Source: Nitrospirota bacterium (lineage in GTDB: Bacteria; Nitrospirota; Nitrospiria; Nitrospirales; NS-4). From it: a DNA stretch of 53,464 nt. Of the stretch, positions 36,991 to 46,660 are shown in pieces (the first letter of the stretch is position 1; the number at the start of each line of letters is the position of its first letter). The notes below the pieces were generated by a model. It was not told the DNA's origin. It saw only the letters and a list, made by a program, of their open reading frames with translations, and searched no databases. The translations under genes were made by a program, and so were the position numbers. Where the stretch lies: positions 1 through 53,464 of the forward strand of contig VBOD01000107.1 in assembly GCA_005877615.1 (NCBI GenBank), read 5' to 3'.

Positions 36991-38361
36991 TTATACGCCG
37001 CCGGGCTTCCGAATCAACTCGTTGGCGGTCTTCTGGACCTCGCACAACAGCTCGCCGGCGGCCAGCCGTACATGCACGACCTCGCCGGGCGCGACGGCGG
37101 AGGCTGCCCGCAAGACGGTCAGCTCCGGCCACCGCCGCGTGATGCTGTACCCACGTCCCAGGATCGCGAGGGGGCTCAAGGCATGGAGCGTCCCGATGGA
37201 TTCTTCTAAGGAGCGCCGCCACAATTCAAGCGCCACCGTCATCCGCTGCTGGAGCCTCATCCGCAGGTGAGGCAACAGGGTCAAGCCCCGCTGGATCAGC
37301 TGGAGGGGGCTCCGCAGCAGTACGTCCTGCCGGAGGGCCTCGACCGCCGACCGCAAGTCTTTCAGGCGGTTCACCTGAGTCAGGCGCAGTCGCATTTCCA
37401 GCTCGTCTCGGCGCTGCATGGCGCGCGCCACGAGCGCGGTCGGATCGAGGAGGCCGCGTCGCTCGGCTTCCACACGCGCGTACAGATCCCGGAGGACGGT
37501 CCGGACGGCATGCACGGAGCGGTCCCCATAGCCGACGACCCGCTCGAGGAGGTCGGCCCGGTCTCGCACCACCAGTTCGGCGGCCGCCGACGGCGTGGGG
37601 GCTCGCATGTCGGCGACGAAGTCGGCGATCGTAAAATCGATCTCGTGCCCCACGGCCGATACGACGGGAACGCGCGACGCCGCGACGGCCCGGGCGACGA
37701 TCTCCTCGTTGAACGGCCAGAGGTCCTCGAGCGATCCGCCGCCGCGCCCCACGATCAGGACGTCAAAGCCGCCCATCTCGTTAAGCTCCTCGATGGCGCG
37801 GGCGATCTCGCCGGCCGCGCTCTCGCCCTGCACCGCGACGGGATCGAGCACGATGGTGATGCCGGGGTCGCGCTTATGGGCGACCTGCACGATGTCCCGG
37901 ATCGCCGCGCCCGTGGGTGAGGTGACCACTCCGATCCGGCGCGGAAGGAACGGCAACGGTCGCTTGCGTGCCTGGTCGAACAGACCCTCCGCCGCCAGCC
38001 GTGCTTTGAGCTGCTCGAAGGCAAGCTGGAGCGCTCCAACGCCCTTCGGCTCGGCATACTCCACGATGACCTGATAGTCGCCCCTAGGTTCGTAGACCGT
38101 CAGCCGGCCCCGACAGACGAGCTGCAACCCGTCCTGCAAGGCGAACCGCTGGGAGCGTCCGACGGACCGGAACAGGACCGCGCGAATCTGACTGGAGGCG
38201 TCTTTCAGCGTGAAGTAGGCGTGTCCGGAGGTCGGGATGCGGAGATTGGAGACCTCCCCTTCCACCCAGACGTCAGAGAAGGCGGACTCGATGTGGACTC
38301 GCAGGAGGGCCGTGAGGGCAGAGACGGTGTAGAGCGTTCGCGGAGGAGGCCCGCCGGTCAT
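36991..38361 (-). CDS. xseA: Exodeoxyribonuclease VII large subunit
   Basis: VWVEGEVSN, SGHAYFTLKD, TSPTGAAIRD, RGGGSLEDLW.FN, GHEIDFTI.D..AD.RAPTPS. Confidence 0.97.
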   Translation of the reverse strand: MTGGPPPRTLYTVSALTALLRVHIESAFSDVWVEGEVSNLRIPTSGHAYFTLKDASSQIRAVLFRSVGRSQRFALQDGLQLVCRGRLTVYEPRGDYQVIVEYAEPKGVGALQLAFEQLKARLAAEGLFDQARKRPLPFLPRRIGVVTSPTGAAIRDIVQVAHKRDPGITIVLDPVAVQGESAAGEIARAIEELNEMGGFDVLIVGRGGGSLEDLWPFNEEIVARAVAASRVPVVSAVGHEIDFTIADFVADMRAPTPSAAAELVVRDRADLLERVVGYGDRSVHAVRTVLRDLYARVEAERRGLLDPTALVARAMQRRDELEMRLRLTQVNRLKDLRSAVEALRQDVLLRSPLQLIQRGLTLLPHLRMRLQQRMTVALELWRRSLEESIGTLHALSPLAILGRGYSITRRWPELTVLRAASAVAPGEVVHVRLAAGELLCEVQKTANELIRKPGGV

Positions 38362-38365
38362 GCGA

Positions 38366-39145
38366 TCAATCCATTATCCGCAAGCGTTCGATCGAGAGGG
38401 CCTTGCCTACCGTCGTGTCCACGTCGAGCAGCACCGCCGAAAAGACGCACGGGCCCGGGGCCACTTCGAAGCGGCGCGGCATCTGGGAGAGGAACTTCTC
38501 GATGGCGATCTCCTTCTTGATCCCGATCACGGACTCGGTCGGCCCGACCATGCCGACGTCGGTGAGGTAGGCCGTGCCCTTGGGCAGGATCCGCTCGTCG
38601 GCCGTCTGAACGTGCGTGTGGGTCCCGAACACCCCGCTGACCTCACCGTCCAGGTACCAGCCCATCGCCATCTTCTCGGAGGTCGCCTCTGCGTGCATGT
38701 CCACGATCACGGTCCGCGCCTCCTGCTTGACCGCCTCGACCTCGTGCCGGACGACCCGGAACGGGCAGTCCACCGTCGGCATGGACACCCGCCCCATCAC
38801 CTGCACCACGCCGACCTTCTCGCCTGCGGTGGTCGTCACCACGACGCTGCCGAATCCCGGCACCCCCTTGGGATAGTTGGCGGGGCGCAACAGCCGTGGC
38901 TCGTCTTTGATGTAGTCGATGATCTCCTTCTTGTCCCAGATGTGATTGCCGCTCGTGAGCACGTGCACACCCGCCGCAAACAACTCCCGCGCCACGTCCG
39001 GCGTGACGCCGAATCCCCCGGCGGCGTTTTCCGCGTTGGCGATGACGCAGTCCACCCCACGTTCACGGACGAGCCGCGGCACCTGCCGGGCCACGGTCTT
39101 GCGCCCCGGCTCGCCTATGACGTCGCCGATGAAGAGAATTTTCAT
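38366..39145 (-). CDS. ymdB: YmdB-family (TIGR00282) metallophosphoesterase
   Basis: GDVIG.PGR, NAENAAGG, TSGNHIWD, DMHAEATSEK, GTHTHVQT.D. Confidence 0.95.
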   Translation of the reverse strand: MKILFIGDVIGEPGRKTVARQVPRLVRERGVDCVIANAENAAGGFGVTPDVARELFAAGVHVLTSGNHIWDKKEIIDYIKDEPRLLRPANYPKGVPGFGSVVVTTTAGEKVGVVQVMGRVSMPTVDCPFRVVRHEVEAVKQEARTVIVDMHAEATSEKMAMGWYLDGEVSGVFGTHTHVQTADERILPKGTAYLTDVGMVGPTESVIGIKKEIAIEKFLSQMPRRFEVAPGPCVFSAVLLDVDTTVGKALSIERLRIMD

Positions 39146-40720
39146 TTACTTGGCTATGTCCGTATAACGGCTTTCACGGATGACCGTGACCTTGATCTGG
39201 CCGGGATACGTCAGCTCCTGCTCGATCTTGCGGGCCAGGTCGCGGGACAGGACGGCGCATTCTACGTCCGTGATCGCATCTTGCTTCACGATCACCCGGA
39301 TCTCCCGGCCGGCTTGGATGGCGTAGGCCTTGTCCACGCCCTTGTAGTCCACGGCCAGCTTCTCCAGCTTCTCGAGGCGCTTGATGTAGGCCTCGACAGT
39401 CTCCCGCCGCGCCCCCGGCCGCGCCGCCGACAGCGATTCCGCCGCCGCCACGAGCACCGTTTCGGGACAGATCGGCTCGACCTGCTCGTGGTGCGCAGCG
39501 ATGGCGTTGACCACCCGGGGCTCTTCCCCGTACTTCTTGGCGAAGTCCGCGCCGATGATGGCGTGCGGGCCTTCCTCCTCCTGGCTCAGCGCCTTGCCCA
39601 TGTCGTGCATCAGCGCGCCGCGCCGCGAGAGCCTGACATCCAGCTCCAGCTCCGAGGCCATGATCCCGCAGATGTAGGCCGCCTCCCGCGCGTGGTAGAG
39701 GTTGTTCTGCCCGTAGCTCGTCCGGAACTTGAGCTTGCCCAGGAGCTTCACGATCTCCGGATGGATGTTGGTGATCCCCAGCTCGAAGAGCACCTTCTCG
39801 GCCTCCTCAAGCATCATCTTGTCGAGGTCTTTCTTGACCTTCTCGACCACCTCTTCTATGCGGGTCGGGTGGATGCGTCCGTCCGCCATCAGCCGCTCTA
39901 GCGACACCTTCGCGATCTCCCGGCGCAGCGGATCGAAGCCTGAGATCAGGACCGCCTCGGGCGTTTCATCCACGACCAGATCGATGCCCGTCGCGGCCTC
40001 CAGTGCTCGGATGTTCCGGCCCTCCCGGCCGATGATCCGTCCCTTCATCCCGTCGCTCGGGAGCGGCACCACCGAGATCGTCGCCTCCGCCACGTAGTCC
40101 CGCGTGATGCGCTGGATGGACCGGGTAATGATCTCCTTGGCTTCCCGATCGGCAATCTCCTTGGTCTCGTCCTGGATCCGCTTGATCATCTTGGCGGCCT
40201 CGAACTTGGCCCCACTCTCCACCTGCTGCAAGAGCGACGCCTTGGCCTCGTCGGCCGTCATGCCCGAGGCGTATTCGAGCGCCTTGGTGTGGTCCTGGAT
40301 CAGGCGGGCCACGTCGGCCTCTTTTTCCTCCAACGCCTTCTCCCGGACTGCCACCGTCTTCTCTCTTTTCTGGAACTCTGCCTCGCGCCGGTCGAAATTG
40401 GACATCCGGCGGTCCAGGGACTCCTCTTTCTGGACCAACCGTTTCTCCAATGCGAGGATCTCGTTGCGCTGAGCCTGCATCTCCTTGTCGAGCTCGGCCC
40501 TCGCCTGGACGATCATGTCCTTGGCTTCGAGCTGAGCTTCGCGCGCCCGCGTGGAGGCCTCTTTCTCTGCCGCCCGGACGACCTGGGCCGAGCGATCCTC
40601 CGCCTCACGGAGGCGTGAGGCGACTACCTTGCCCCGAATGAGCCAGAGCATGCCGGCGCCCAGGGCCGCTCCGGTGACCACCGCAACAATCACAACGGCC
40701 AATTCTGAAATGGTGTCCAC
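39146..40720 (-). CDS. rny: Ribonuclease Y (true start may be ATT at 40711)
   Basis: N-terminal TM, coiled coil, KH motif KGRIIGREGRNIR, HD motif LMHDMGK, AIQAGREIRV. Confidence 0.98.
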   Translation of the reverse strand: MDTISELAVVIVAVVTGAALGAGMLWLIRGKVVASRLREAEDRSAQVVRAAEKEASTRAREAQLEAKDMIVQARAELDKEMQAQRNEILALEKRLVQKEESLDRRMSNFDRREAEFQKREKTVAVREKALEEKEADVARLIQDHTKALEYASGMTADEAKASLLQQVESGAKFEAAKMIKRIQDETKEIADREAKEIITRSIQRITRDYVAEATISVVPLPSDGMKGRIIGREGRNIRALEAATGIDLVVDETPEAVLISGFDPLRREIAKVSLERLMADGRIHPTRIEEVVEKVKKDLDKMMLEEAEKVLFELGITNIHPEIVKLLGKLKFRTSYGQNNLYHAREAAYICGIMASELELDVRLSRRGALMHDMGKALSQEEEGPHAIIGADFAKKYGEEPRVVNAIAAHHEQVEPICPETVLVAAAESLSAARPGARRETVEAYIKRLEKLEKLAVDYKGVDKAYAIQAGREIRVIVKQDAITDVECAVLSRDLARKIEQELTYPGQIKVTVIRESRYTDIAK

Positions 40721-40959
40721 CTCCCTTCACGCCGGAACGATGACAGCTCCACGCCCCGCCGGACAGAGCCATCGCCTACGGCATTCGTGTCGTGGGAGCG
40801 GAAATGGAAGGGTGTCGGCGGAAGGAGGACGGAAAGGCGATTACAGAAGCGAGCTAATTGCCCGGCAGGTCGCAACCGGCAGAGAGGAAGGGTTGTCAGG
40901 GAGATGCGTCAGCCCTTGCATGTACATGAGCGTCTGTGTCGCACATTCCTCGTTCCGAG

Positions 40960-41145
40960 ACCAAATACCCCGTTCCCCTCGGGCTTTCCAGAGCCAAACA
41001 GTATTCTTCATGCTTCAGGCTCGAGCCCTGTCCGCATCCTGTCGTGTCGACTGCACCGGTCAGATCTTACGAAAACTGCTCGTCCTCTTGAATCGTCTTG
41101 TTCGGCCTTGCCACAAGCCCTACAACTTGTAGGGCATTCCACCGA
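40960..41145 (-). ncRNA. ssrS: Probable 6S RNA
   Basis: Canonical position directly after zapA; about 175-nt irregular rod by eye (aatgccct/ggggtatt, gggctt/aagccc, ggccgaaca/tgtttggct, cgagc/gctcg) with G-U pairs favouring the minus strand; own promoter. Confidence 0.6.
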
Positions 41146-41174
41146 CGGGAGCATTCCGTTCCCGTCCGAGCGCC

Positions 41175-41203
41175 AGTGTAGCAAACCGCCTACAGGCTTG
41201 CAA
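41175..41203 (-). promoter_or_regulatory. sigma70 promoter for ssrS/rny
   Basis: Minus strand TTGCAA-17-TACACT with TG extension. Confidence 0.7.
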
Positions 41204-41214
41204 GAAAAAAAGCC

Positions 41215-41496
41215 CTACCTGGCGCCGCCGAGCGTCTCTTCAATCGAACTGATGAGACTGTCAGCCAACTGCTCCACCTTCTCGTGCTGAAACTTGCGCG
41301 CCTGATGGAGTTGGTGCGCCAGGTTCAGGGCCGCCAGGATGGCGACCTTGGCGGGTGTGGCCACTTTCATCCCCCCGGCCAGGGTCCGCATCTGCTCGTC
41401 GACTTCCCTGGCCAGCTCGTTGACGTACGCCTGGTCGGCGTCCCCCCGGATCGCGTACCGCTGGCCGTAGATCTCGACCTCAAATCTCTGGCTCAC
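41215..41496 (-). CDS. zapA: Cell division protein ZapA
   Basis: VEIYGQRY.I, LA..VDEQM, VAILAALNLA. Confidence 0.93.
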   Translation of the reverse strand: MSQRFEVEIYGQRYAIRGDADQAYVNELAREVDEQMRTLAGGMKVATPAKVAILAALNLAHQLHQARKFQHEKVEQLADSLISSIEETLGGAR

Positions 41497-41518
41497 CGTC
41501 GTCCTCCGTTCATGAGCG

Positions 41519-41779
41519 TCAGCTCTTGCTTGTCTGCCGGTCGTCTTCCCGATGCTCGATGAGCGCCAGCTCGCCCAGAATCTTCCGCAGTCGGCCCCGG
41601 AGCCACTCCCGCTCCTTCTCCCACCGGCGGGAGTCGGCCACGTGGCGCGCCAGCTTGGCGTCCGCCTCGCGGAGGCGGGATTCTAGCTGCACTGCCCGTC
41701 GCTTCAGCCCGGTGGTATGCTTGATGAGCTCCTTGACCTTCGCCTCAAGGGAGGCCATCTTATCCACGTCCGTCAGCAC
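41519..41779 (-). CDS. ZapB-like coiled-coil protein
   Basis: Short coiled coil (LEAKV..LI, EKERE..R.RL..IL) directly upstream of zapA. Confidence 0.7.
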   Translation of the reverse strand: MLTDVDKMASLEAKVKELIKHTTGLKRRAVQLESRLREADAKLARHVADSRRWEKEREWLRGRLRKILGELALIEHREDDRQTSKS

Positions 41780-44043
41780 CCCTTCTCAAAAAACGACGCC
41801 GCGCACTCGAGCCCACTCACCCGCTTGTATTCCCGGTAGCTCCGCAGGACCCGCTTCACGTAGAGCCGGGTCTCCGTATAGGGGATCGACTCGATGAACT
41901 CATCCGGATCGCCACCGCCAAATTGCTGCGCCCATTTGGCCACGACATCGGGGCCGGCATTGTACGCCGCGATCGTATAGATCGGATTATGGTTGAATTT
42001 CTCCGCCAAATGTCCCAGGTACCGGCTTCCGAGCTTGATGTTGTAGGTGGCGTCGAACAAACGTTCCCGGTTGAACGCCTCGCCGCCCAGTCGGTTTGCG
42101 ACCATCTCCCCGGTCTGGAGCGTCACCTGCATCAGTCCCAGCGCGCCAGCCGGCGACACCGCTGCCGGATTGTACGTGCTCTCTTCCCGGATGATCGCGG
42201 CCACGAGGTGCGGGTCCACGCCGTGATCCGCCACCGTCTGGATCACCGGCAAGAGTCCCTGCGGGTAGGCCAATTCCCAGAACGCGGGGGACACGCCGGT
42301 CACGCCGCGGTCAATCACATCAGGGAAGAACAGTTGGACCAATTTCAGGGCGCGATGGTACTCCCCGACCTCTTTGAAGAGGCCAGCCAGCCACAGAATA
42401 GCCCCCCGGTCTCCGCCGATCCGGCCGGGCAGCACGCCCAGCTCTTCACCCGCCTCGCGCAGCAGGCCCACCATGCGAAGTTCCACGGCGCGCTGGTAGT
42501 GCACGTCGTTCGTGACGGTCTTGTCCTGAGGATCCAACCCGGGGAACGAGTTGCCGCCTCCGTCGCCTCCGACGGCATTGGGCATCGCGGCCACGCCCGC
42601 ACGTATTCGTGCTGTGTGGCAGTAATAGGTCAACGGGCCCTCCTTGCACAGCGCCTCGAACAGCGCGGCCGCCTTCTGTGGCTCGCCGGCCTTCTCCAGA
42701 CTCCGCCCTTTCCAATAAAGCGCCGCCAAGCGGACGGGACCGTCCGGTTGGAGCCGAACGGCCTGATCAAAGGAGTGCATGGCTTCCTCATAGCGCCCGT
42801 TCTTGTAGAGCAGCCACCCGGCGCGCCAATGTCCTTCCGCGGCCAGGCTCTCCGGCATCTCCCTTCGCCCGACTTGCTGATAGGTCTGGATCGCCTGATC
42901 CAGCCGTCCGCGATCCACATGTTGGGCGGCCAGCATCAACAAGAACTTCGCCTTCGCCTCGCCTGAGAGATGTCCGGCTTCGACCTCGCGCGCGAGGGCC
43001 AGGAATGGCTCATCCAGCCCCAGCCGCAGGAAGATCCTGGCCAGCCAGTTGATGGCCTCCTGAGCGAACCCGTTCGTCCCGCTTTTCACCAATTGCTCGA
43101 AGCTGCCGCGGGCGTCGTCATAGCGTTTGAGTCGCACCTGCGCGATCCCAAGCGTCAACCTGGCCCGTTCCCGGTGCGTCCCGCCGGGCGTCCCCTTGAG
43201 CACCTCTTCGCAGGCCTTCACCGCCTTGGGATACTGCCCGGCGTCGAACAGCGTCTTGGCGCGCACCCAGCGCTCTTCCGCCGTCAATTCGGGAATTGCG
43301 ACGTCTTCGCTCCGCAGCCGCTCCAGTCGCGCCGCAGCGTCGTCGGCTTGAGGGGAAGCCGCATACTGGGTCCAAATGCGCCGGTAGGTCGCGACCGCGC
43401 TGGCAGTGTCCCCAGCCTTCTGCATGCACTCGCCGTGGCGCAAGAGCACGACAGGCGCCAAGGCATGGCTACTGTACCCCGACAGAAACTGAGCCTGCCG
43501 CTCCCGCGCGCGCCGGCAGTCGTCGGCCAGGAACCACGCCTCGGTTGCCCGCGCCAGGGCCGTGGACCTGAGGAGACTGTCCGGGTAGCTCTCGACCAGC
43601 AAGTCAAAGGCCGTCGCGGCTCCGTTGTAGTCGCCGCTCTTCATCCCGGCCTCACCGAGGTAGAAGTATGCGTAATCGCCTAACGCAGGCAGATGCAACG
43701 GCGCGGCCACAAGGTAGGGAATCGCTTGCCGATCGCCTTGTTCCTGGTACCACTTCCCCAACAGCAGTTCGGCGCGACCGGCCCACGGTGTGCCCGAAAA
43801 TTGATCGATGAGCCCCTGCAGGAGACGAGTCGCTGTATCCTGGTCCTGCTGACTCAACGCTTGGACGGCCTGGGCCAGACAGGTAACAGGCTCCGCACAC
43901 TGAGCGCTGCCCGGCAGGTCAGCAGAAACGGCTGTGCCGAGGACGAGGACAACGCCGGCGGCAGCAGGCAGTGCGCCCAGCCGAAAGACACGAGACAGAA
44001 ATGTAAAGGAGGACATGAGGGTTGTCACAGAACGTGCAATCAT
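41773..44043 (-). CDS. TPR-containing soluble lytic transglycosylase (Slt-like)
   Basis: TPR helices; AIIREES, GALGLMQV, AAYNAGP, FIESIPY.ETR.YVKRV; ATG 44043 is 7 nt after TG-TATAAT. Confidence 0.92.
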   Translation of the reverse strand: MIARSVTTLMSSFTFLSRVFRLGALPAAAGVVLVLGTAVSADLPGSAQCAEPVTCLAQAVQALSQQDQDTATRLLQGLIDQFSGTPWAGRAELLLGKWYQEQGDRQAIPYLVAAPLHLPALGDYAYFYLGEAGMKSGDYNGAATAFDLLVESYPDSLLRSTALARATEAWFLADDCRRARERQAQFLSGYSSHALAPVVLLRHGECMQKAGDTASAVATYRRIWTQYAASPQADDAAARLERLRSEDVAIPELTAEERWVRAKTLFDAGQYPKAVKACEEVLKGTPGGTHRERARLTLGIAQVRLKRYDDARGSFEQLVKSGTNGFAQEAINWLARIFLRLGLDEPFLALAREVEAGHLSGEAKAKFLLMLAAQHVDRGRLDQAIQTYQQVGRREMPESLAAEGHWRAGWLLYKNGRYEEAMHSFDQAVRLQPDGPVRLAALYWKGRSLEKAGEPQKAAALFEALCKEGPLTYYCHTARIRAGVAAMPNAVGGDGGGNSFPGLDPQDKTVTNDVHYQRAVELRMVGLLREAGEELGVLPGRIGGDRGAILWLAGLFKEVGEYHRALKLVQLFFPDVIDRGVTGVSPAFWELAYPQGLLPVIQTVADHGVDPHLVAAIIREESTYNPAAVSPAGALGLMQVTLQTGEMVANRLGGEAFNRERLFDATYNIKLGSRYLGHLAEKFNHNPIYTIAAYNAGPDVVAKWAQQFGGGDPDEFIESIPYTETRLYVKRVLRSYREYKRVSGLECAASFFEKGC

Positions 44044-44155
44044 GACGCGGATTATACCACACGGCGTTACGACTTCCGAGGAGTCTGTGAGAAGAACCGT
44101 CCCCAAGATTCCTGGCTTGCCGCCTATCCGGATGCTGTGTTAGGCTCTCTCCGCA

Positions 44156-45268
44156 ATGTCCCTGATAGACCTCATCGCCTTGAGCGCAGACGAAGTAGCC
44201 GCGCTGGTGCGCGACTGGGGCTGGCCCCGCTACCGAGCCCGGCAGACCCTCCGCTGGCTCTACCAGGCCCGCATCACGGACATCGGCGCCATGACGGACC
44301 TCTCCCACTCCGACCGGACGCGGCTGGCCGCGGAGGCGCGCATCGGGTCGCTCACCCCGTCCGAAGTCTTGACGTCGGAAGACGGCACGCGGAAATTCAT
44401 CTTTCCCCTGGAGGATGGAAAGCGCATCGAAAGCGTGCTCATCCCCGATACCTCCTCCCGTTCGCATGATCGCCTGACCCTGTGTCTCTCCACCCAGGTA
44501 GGCTGTTCGCTGGACTGTACGTTTTGTTTGACCGGGCAGATGGGGCTGCAGCGCAATCTCAGTGCCCATGAGATCGTGGGGCAGGTCCTGGCTGTGCAAA
44601 GAGTACTGGATAGTGAACATCACCTCACGAACCTCGTATTAATGGGCATGGGCGAGCCGCTGGCCAACGCCGCGGCGGTGGCGGAAGCCATCCATCGCCT
44701 CACCAACCAGACGTGGGGCGTCGGCTTCTCGCCACGCCGGATCACGCTGTCGACGGCCGGGCTGAGCTCACGGCTCAAGCAGGTGGCGCGCATGGGCGTC
44801 AACCTGGCGGTGTCGCTGAACGCCACGACCAACGAACAGCGGAACCGTCTCATGCCGGCGGTCAACAAGGCGTACCCGTTGGAGACCCTGCTGGCGGCCT
44901 GCCGGACCTTTCCCTTGAAACCACGCCGCCGCCTGACGTTCGAGTACGTGCTGTTGGCCGGCGCGAACGACACGGAGCAGGACGCCGCCCGGCTCGTCAA
45001 GCTGATGCGCGGCCTCCGCTGCAAGATCAACCTGATCCCGTTCAACGAATTTCCGGGCAACCCACACCGACGGCCCTCCGATGAACGCGTGCTGCGCTTC
45101 CAGGCGATCTTGACCCGGCATGGGCTGGAGGCCTACATCCGCAAGAGCAAAGGACGGGACATCCTGGGCGCCTGCGGCCAGCTCGGAACGTTGCCTGATG
45201 CGTCGGTCCTCGTGCGCCCACCCGGCACACAGAGTCCGTCCCCCATCCCGATCCATTCGCACGCGTAG
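44156..45268 (+). CDS. rlmN: Dual-specificity RNA methyltransferase RlmN
   Basis: LCLSTQVGCSLDCTFC.TG, MGMGEP, FEYVLL, NLIPFN, GACGQL. Confidence 0.96.
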   Translation: MSLIDLIALSADEVAALVRDWGWPRYRARQTLRWLYQARITDIGAMTDLSHSDRTRLAAEARIGSLTPSEVLTSEDGTRKFIFPLEDGKRIESVLIPDTSSRSHDRLTLCLSTQVGCSLDCTFCLTGQMGLQRNLSAHEIVGQVLAVQRVLDSEHHLTNLVLMGMGEPLANAAAVAEAIHRLTNQTWGVGFSPRRITLSTAGLSSRLKQVARMGVNLAVSLNATTNEQRNRLMPAVNKAYPLETLLAACRTFPLKPRRRLTFEYVLLAGANDTEQDAARLVKLMRGLRCKINLIPFNEFPGNPHRRPSDERVLRFQAILTRHGLEAYIRKSKGRDILGACGQLGTLPDASVLVRPPGTQSPSPIPIHSHA

Positions 45269-45286
45269 AGAATTAGGGAGCAGACC

Positions 45287-46660
45287 GTGACCGCTCTCCA
45301 GCGAATCCTGTGCGGTGTGACCGTTGCCTCTCTGCTGGCCCTCATCCCTGCCGGGCAGCAGGCGATAGCCGGCCGTCTCACGGTCCAGGAATTCACCCTG
45401 GCCAACGGCCTCAAGGTGCTGCTCGTGGAAGAACACAAGGCCCCCGTCGTCACGGTCCAGATCTGGTACAAGGTCGGCTCCCGTAACGAAGTCATGGGAC
45501 GGGCCGGCCTCTCCCACATGCTGGAACACATGATGTTCAAGGGCACCCCCAAGTACGGGAAGGGCGAATTCTCCAAGATCATCGAAAAGAACGGGGGCAA
45601 TGACAACGCATTCACCAGCCAGGACTACACGGCCTATTTCGAAAACCTGGCCGCGGACAAGCTGGAGCTCACTCTCGAAATGGAGGCGGACCGGATGAAG
45701 GGGCTCCTCCTCGACGAAAAGGAGTTTCAGTTGGAGCGTGAGGTCGTCAAGGAAGAGCGCCGCCTGCGAGTCGAGGATGTCCCAACGGCGTATCTCGTCG
45801 AACAGATGGACGCCCAGGCCTTCATGGTTCATCCCTACCACTGGCCCGTCATCGGATGGTTCAACGACCTGGACGCGATGACCCGCGAAGACCTCAAGGT
45901 CTACTACGACAAATACTATGTCCCGAACAACGCAACCCTCGTGATCGTGGGCGCCGTCAAGGCCGAGACCGCCTTGCCCTTGATCGAGAAGTATTTCGAA
46001 GGCGTTCCCAAAGGCTCCCTGCCCCAGCCGCCGTCGATCGTCGAGCCGGAGCAAAAGGGCGAACGGCGGATCGTGGTGAAGCGCGAGGCGCAACTCCCCT
46101 TCATCTACTTCGGCTACAAGGTGCCCAACTTCAAGAGCCCGGACGTGCATGCCTTGGCTGTGCTGGAGAACATCCTCTCGACCGGCAAGAGCGCGCGCCT
46201 CTACGACGCGCTCGTGTACCGGAAAAAGCTGGCCTTGCAGGTGGGGGCCGGCTACAACGAATTGGCGGCGGACCCCGAGCTCTTCACCTTCTACGCGATG
46301 GTCAAGCCCGGCGTGAAGATCGCCGACGTGGAAAAGGCCGTGCTGGCGGAGATCGAACGGCTCAAGAAGGAGCCGCCGACGGAGAAGGAACTCCAGAAAG
46401 CCAAAAACCAGGTGGAGGCTCACTACCTCTTCGAGCAGGACTCCGTCTTCCGACAGGCCATGCTGCTGGGCACGGCCGAGACCGTCGGCGCAGGCTGGCA
46501 GTACATCGCCGACTATGTGAAGAGGCTCAGAGGAGTCACCAAAGAGGACGTCCAGCGGGTCGCCCGCCACTACCTGAATGAGGACACCCGCACCGTCGGC
46601 ATCCTCATTCCCCTGCCGCCCAAATCCAAAGGAGCCCCGGCGTCGGGAGGTGCCCGATGA
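45287..46660 (+). CDS. M16 zinc peptidase, catalytic subunit
   Basis: HMLEH (HXXEH), NAFTS.DYT.Y, VVKEERR; signal peptide. Confidence 0.93.
   Translation: MTALQRILCGVTVASLLALIPAGQQAIAGRLTVQEFTLANGLKVLLVEEHKAPVVTVQIWYKVGSRNEVMGRAGLSHMLEHMMFKGTPKYGKGEFSKIIEKNGGNDNAFTSQDYTAYFENLAADKLELTLEMEADRMKGLLLDEKEFQLEREVVKEERRLRVEDVPTAYLVEQMDAQAFMVHPYHWPVIGWFNDLDAMTREDLKVYYDKYYVPNNATLVIVGAVKAETALPLIEKYFEGVPKGSLPQPPSIVEPEQKGERRIVVKREAQLPFIYFGYKVPNFKSPDVHALAVLENILSTGKSARLYDALVYRKKLALQVGAGYNELAADPELFTFYAMVKPGVKIADVEKAVLAEIERLKKEPPTEKELQKAKNQVEAHYLFEQDSVFRQAMLLGTAETVGAGWQYIADYVKRLRGVTKEDVQRVARHYLNEDTRTVGILIPLPPKSKGAPASGGAR

Noticed and set aside
40841-41011. Roughly 56-codon minus-strand ORF (MKNTVWLWK...) in the rny leader
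   Set aside because: No SD, atypical composition and overlap with the predicted 6S structure
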